NCBI GenBank assembly: GCA_036229005.1
Contig: JAZAMN010000023.1
Coordinates: forward strand, 1 to 20,387
Reading direction: 5' to 3'
Length of the DNA stretch: 20,387 nt
Source: Myxococcota bacterium
Lineage (GTDB): Bacteria > Myxococcota_A > UBA796 > CAJQPC01
How positions within the stretch are numbered: position 1 is the stretch's first letter; the number at the start of each line of letters is the position of its first letter. Positions 16,406-20,387 of this stretch are shown here, piece by piece. The position numbers and the translations under genes are program-made. The notes below the pieces were generated by a model. That model saw only the letters and a list, made by a program, of their open reading frames with translations, did not search any database and was not told the origin of the DNA.

Positions 16406-17332
16406 ATGGACGTGTTGAGCGGAATGCAGGCCTTCGTGAAGGTCGTCGACGAGGGGAGCTTCACCAAGGCCGCGCGCAGCCTGGGCATGCCCAAGTCCAC
16501 CCTGTCCCGGCACGTGGCCGCCCTGGAGGACCGCCTGGGGGTGCGCCTGCTGCACCGGACCACGCGCTCGCTGCGGCCCACCGACGTGGGCATGGCCTAC
16601 TACGACCGCTGCACCCAGATCGTGGAGGACGTGGCCGAGGCCGAGTCGGCGGTCACCCAGCTCCACACCAACCCCCGCGGCGTGCTCAAGATCAGCGCGC
16701 CGGTGAGCTTTGGGCACCTGTTCCTGCCCGGGCTGATCCGCGGCTTCATGGAGCACTACCCCGAGGTCGAGATCGAGCTGTCGCTCTCAGACCGCTACGT
16801 GGATCTGGTGGACGAGGGCGTGGACGTCGCGCTGCGGGCGGGCGTTCTGGAAGACAGCAGCCTGATCGCCCGGCGCCTGGGCAGCGCCACCCGCGCGTGC
16901 GTGGCCAGCCCGGAGTACCTGGAGGCCAACGGAACGCCCACCGAGCCCGGCGATCTGCGGGACCACGCGTGCCTGGGCTTTGGCCTGGGCCGCCAGGCGC
17001 TCACCTGGGCGTTCGACCACGAGCGCATCCACGTGAACGGGCCCCTGGTCGCCAACTCGCCGGACGTGGTGATGGAGGCCGCCCGCGCGCACATGGGCAT
17101 CGCCTTCCTGCCCCGGCACATGGTCGCGGTGCCCCTGGAGAAGGGCGAGCTGGTCTCGATCCTGCAGGACCACCTGGCCGACCGCGGCGGGGTCTACGTC
17201 GTCTACTCCCACAGCCGGCACCTCTCCGCCAAGGTGCGCGCGTTCGTGACCCACTGCATCGACCACCTGGGCCCCGTCGCCCCCTGGGACCAGCCGGTGT
17301 GCCTGGGGGAGACCTGCAAGAAGGACGATTAG
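16406..17332 (+). CDS. LysR family transcriptional regulator (CrgA/DmlR-like)
   Basis: FVKVVDEGSFTKAARSLGMPKSTLSRHVAALEDRLGVRLLHRTTRSL HTH; DLVDEGVDVALR; SAKVRAFV; ATG 16406 after GGAGAG. Confidence 0.95.
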   Translation: MDVLSGMQAFVKVVDEGSFTKAARSLGMPKSTLSRHVAALEDRLGVRLLHRTTRSLRPTDVGMAYYDRCTQIVEDVAEAESAVTQLHTNPRGVLKISAPVSFGHLFLPGLIRGFMEHYPEVEIELSLSDRYVDLVDEGVDVALRAGVLEDSSLIARRLGSATRACVASPEYLEANGTPTEPGDLRDHACLGFGLGRQALTWAFDHERIHVNGPLVANSPDVVMEAARAHMGIAFLPRHMVAVPLEKGELVSILQDHLADRGGVYVVYSHSRHLSAKVRAFVTHCIDHLGPVAPWDQPVCLGETCKKDD

Positions 17333-19659
17333 GTCGAGGCCGTGAGGGCCTCGATGGCCTGCTCGAGCAGGCGGGGGTGAACGGGGACCAGGGCCTTGAG
17401 CGCGCGGTCCAGGCGGAGGGGGTCTTGGCGGCGGCGGGCGCGCTTGCGCAGGGAAACCCCCAGCTCCTCCAGCAGGTCGACCCGGATGGCCAGCGGACCG
17501 ACCACCGCAAAGCCCAGGGCGCGGTAGAGCTCCCGGCTGCGGGTGGCCTCCTCCACGCGGGTCCCGGGCTCGGGGATCTCCGCCAGAGGGAGCTGGCGGC
17601 TGTGCAGGGCGGAGAGCAGCGCCTTGGCGTAGCAGGCGGCCTCGTCGTCCAGGTGGTCGCAGTAGACGTGGTGCCGGCCCAGTCGTACACGCGCGCGGCC
17701 CAACACTCCGCGATCCCGGGGGCTCAGGGCCTGGATCAGGCTGCGGTGCATCGGCGAGGACACCACACCCAGCGCCTGCTGCAGGTGGTCGACCAGCTCG
17801 CGGGCGGGGGCGCTCAGGCCTCGGGGGACAAAGGTGATGGGGCCCAGGGCTTCGTGGATGCGCAGGGTCAGCCAGCGGTCCAGCGCGCCCTGGAGCTGGC
17901 GGGCGGCGTCCTGACCCAGGTGGGGATTGCGCAGCAACACGGCCTGGGGTGTGAGCAGGGTGGGGCCGGGCTCCAGGCGGGCCACCAGGGTCTGCTGCCA
18001 GGAGAGGGCGGCCTGGGTGTCCAGGGAGAAGGCCGGGTCCTCGTCGGCGCTGAGGCGGGCCACGCGGCGGTCCAGCTCGGCGCGGATGGCGGACTGCAGC
18101 TCGGCGTCGATGGACCGGTGACCTCGACTGGGCCGGGGGATGTAGCGGAGACCGCGTAGAGCGCCCTTGATCTCGTGCGGTAGGACCCGCTCGTCCGTCG
18201 CGGAAGGATCCAGCTTGCCCTCCTCCATCAGGACGACGCGCCGCTTGTCGGTGAAGCGGCGGGTGAGGGCCTTGTGCAGGGCGTCGGAGAGGCGGTCTTC
18301 GAGGGCGCGACAGCGGGCCTGCCAGTGGGCGGGATCGCGCAGCCAGGCGCTGCGGAAGCTGACGTAGTTCCAGGTGCGCACCCAGGCCATTCGGGCCATC
18401 AGGGCGTCGATGTCGCCGTCGCTGCGGTCCAGGCGCCCCAGGCGGCCGTCCAGGAAGTCCTCGGGCAGCTCGCCGCGCTCCAGGAGCATGCCCAGGATCT
18501 GTCCCAGGAGCTGCTCGTGGCTGCCGGTGAGGGTCTTGCGGAAGTCGGGGATGCGGGCGACCTCCCACGCGAGGGCGACGGCCTGGGGGCTCTGGATGCG
18601 CGTTCGCAGGTGGGGGTCCTGGGAGAAGGACTGGAGGGCGAGCTGGTCCGGCCAGTCGTGCACCGCCTTGAGCTCTCGGCGCGGGGCCTCTCTGTTCAGC
18701 GAGTCCACCAGCGAGGACAGGCTGGAGAAGTCCAGCTCGTGGTTGCGCCAGTAGAGGCGGCGCAGGGCCGGGAAGCGGTGCTGCTCGATGGCGTGGACGA
18801 TCTCCGGGTCCAGGGGGCCGACCTGGTTGAGGGTGCCGAAGCTGCCGTCGGTGGTGTAGCGGCCGGCGCGCCCAGCGATCTGGGCGAGCTCGTCGGGGCG
18901 CAGATCCCGCATGCCCCGGCCGTCGAACTTGCGCAGGCCGGCGAAGGCGACGTGGTCGATGTCCAGGTTCAGGCCCATGCCGATGGCGTCGGTGGCGACG
19001 ATGTAGTCGACCTCGCCGGAGTTGTAGAGCGCGACCTGGGCGTTTCGGGCGCGGGGGGAGAGGGAGCCCAGGACGACGGCGGCCCCGCCGTGCTTGCGGC
19101 GCAGGGCCTCGGCCAGCTCGTAGACCTGCTCGGTGGAGAAGGCGACGATGGCGCTGCGCTTGGGCAGGGAGAGCAGCTTGCGGGGGCCGGTGTAGCGCAG
19201 GGTGCTCAGGCGCTGGGCGGGCGCGAGCTCGGCGGTGGGGATGAGGGTCTCCACCAGCGGGGCCAGGGTGTCCGAGCCCAGGATCCAGGTCTCGGAGACG
19301 CCGCGGGCGTGCAGCAGGCGCTGGGTGAAGGCGTGGCCGCGGTTGGGCGAGCCGGCGAGCTGTGCCTCGTCGATGGCGACGAAGTGAACGGCCTTGTCGA
19401 CGGGCAGAGCCTCCATGGTGCAGACGGTGTAGCGGGCGCCGGGGGGCGTGATCTGCTGCTCGCCGGTGATGAGGGCGACCTGTCCGGGGCGCTCGCGGTC
19501 CAGGCGCTCGTAGACCTCCTGGGCCAGCAGGCGCAGAGGGAGGCCGATCATGCCGCTGGGGTGCGCGAGCATGCGCTGGAGGGCGCGGTGGGTCTTGCCG
19601 GTGTTGGTGGGGCCGAGGGCGGCGGTGATGCGGCCGGGGCCAAGGTCAAAGCTGCGCAA
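17329..19659 (-). CDS. Suv3-like superfamily 2 helicase (MgpS-like); start uncertain
   Basis: LGPTNTGKT (motif I), PLRLLAQE, IDEAQL (motif II), ATDAIGMGLN and QIAGRAGR (motif VI); probable TTG start at 19659 after GGAGG. Confidence 0.9.
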   Translation of the reverse strand: MRSFDLGPGRITAALGPTNTGKTHRALQRMLAHPSGMIGLPLRLLAQEVYERLDRERPGQVALITGEQQITPPGARYTVCTMEALPVDKAVHFVAIDEAQLAGSPNRGHAFTQRLLHARGVSETWILGSDTLAPLVETLIPTAELAPAQRLSTLRYTGPRKLLSLPKRSAIVAFSTEQVYELAEALRRKHGGAAVVLGSLSPRARNAQVALYNSGEVDYIVATDAIGMGLNLDIDHVAFAGLRKFDGRGMRDLRPDELAQIAGRAGRYTTDGSFGTLNQVGPLDPEIVHAIEQHRFPALRRLYWRNHELDFSSLSSLVDSLNREAPRRELKAVHDWPDQLALQSFSQDPHLRTRIQSPQAVALAWEVARIPDFRKTLTGSHEQLLGQILGMLLERGELPEDFLDGRLGRLDRSDGDIDALMARMAWVRTWNYVSFRSAWLRDPAHWQARCRALEDRLSDALHKALTRRFTDKRRVVLMEEGKLDPSATDERVLPHEIKGALRGLRYIPRPSRGHRSIDAELQSAIRAELDRRVARLSADEDPAFSLDTQAALSWQQTLVARLEPGPTLLTPQAVLLRNPHLGQDAARQLQGALDRWLTLRIHEALGPITFVPRGLSAPARELVDHLQQALGVVSSPMHRSLIQALSPRDRGVLGRARVRLGRHHVYCDHLDDEAACYAKALLSALHSRQLPLAEIPEPGTRVEEATRSRELYRALGFAVVGPLAIRVDLLEELGVSLRKRARRRQDPLRLDRALKALVPVHPRLLEQAIEALTAST

Positions 19660-19726
19660 GCAGCCTCCAATGGGGTGGGCAGGGGGATGCTTTGCTGTCA
19701 GGATAGGCGCATCCCGAGGAGTTCCC

Positions 19727-20212
19727 GTGTCGCTCATCCTGCTCACCCTTTTCGCGTGCAACAAGAACGGCAGCATCTTTGGCAGCGAGGACACCGCGGA
19801 CAGCGGCGTGCCCTGGTGGGTCGATGAGTACGACTACGAGGGGGATGACCCGCCCGAGGCGCGGCTGGGGGACGCCTGGTGCGAGATGGCGCAGGGCTCC
19901 GCCGGGGACATCTTCTACTTCTCGGTCGAGGGCTTCGACAAGCAGGGCGAGAGCTCCATCACGGGGGGCTCGGTGATCGCCAAGCAGGACGGGAGCACGC
20001 TCTTTGACCACCCGCTGCTCTACTGCGATGACAACGGCGACTGCGAGGGGAGCTGGACGGCGGCGAGCTGGTCGGGGGAGCTGGCCTGCAACGAGACGGC
20101 CGTGGGCGCGTACACCTTCCGCGCCTACCTGACCGACGACGAGGGCAACGACTCCGAGAAGGTCACCTTGGACTGGAAGGGCGTGATCGAGCCCTCCGGC
20201 GGCGGTGACTGA
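19727..20212 (+). CDS. Predicted acidic lipoprotein
   Basis: GTG 19727 after GAGGAG; MSLILLTLFAC lipobox; D/E/G-rich body with several Cys. Confidence 0.65.
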   Translation: MSLILLTLFACNKNGSIFGSEDTADSGVPWWVDEYDYEGDDPPEARLGDAWCEMAQGSAGDIFYFSVEGFDKQGESSITGGSVIAKQDGSTLFDHPLLYCDDNGDCEGSWTAASWSGELACNETAVGAYTFRAYLTDDEGNDSEKVTLDWKGVIEPSGGGD

Positions 20213-20220
20213 GTAGCTGG

Positions 20221-20387
20221 CCGGCAGGACTAGTTCTGCCGGTCCGAAGTCACAACACGGAAGAGTCCGGCAGAACGCCGGGCCCGAGTGGGCCCGCGGG
20301 GGTGCGCCGGAGGCGCATTCCGGGGGTGTCCCCCGGAGAAGACAATAGTTCTCTGAGCCGCAAGTCCCGACACCAAGGGTGTTGGGA
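20221..20387. other. Hairpin-rich non-coding segment (REP-like, terminator or structured element; truncated by the window edge)
   Basis: Stems at 20221-20242, 20279-20296, 20303-20317, 20319-20337 and 20365-20387. Confidence 0.5.

Noticed and set aside
11682..19827. Other long overlapping ORFs (11682..13112, 13054..15027, 13335..15587, 16787..18568, 16897..18159, 18274..19827) and the long N-terminal extensions of the PolX and LysR ORFs
   Set aside because: Alternative-frame artefacts of high GC overlapping well-supported genes; real starts are supported by motifs, RBS or stop-start coupling.

Overview
High-GC bacterial DNA (Myxococcota/deltaproteobacterial-like gene content; inference) in two parts. 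Bases 1-6643 form an integron-like gene-cassette system. Four near-identical 66-67 bp AAC...GTT hairpin repeats (attC-like) separate four complete cassettes: an LRR-like protein, a Phd/YefM-VapC toxin-antitoxin pair, a 5-repeat lipoprotein and a DUF4365-like PD-(D/E)XK nuclease with one in-frame TGA. A fifth cassette is cut by the window edge. The array ends at an attI-like junction (~5653), just upstream of a tyrosine recombinase transcribed away from it. The system is atypical in two ways. The recombinase has IntI-like N- and C-termini but lacks the IntI-specific insertion. Each cassette also has its own 16-20 bp terminal inverted repeat, with an invariant G.T mismatch at position 11 and conserved GA / G(A/T)C flanks. 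Bases 6810-20212 look like ordinary chromosome: a secreted protein, MMPL/RND transporter, nucleoside phosphorylase, amidase, BON-LysM protein, PolX-PHP with a degenerate polymerase site, YchJ, LysR regulator, Suv3-like helicase and a lipoprotein. The window ends in a hairpin-rich non-coding segment.
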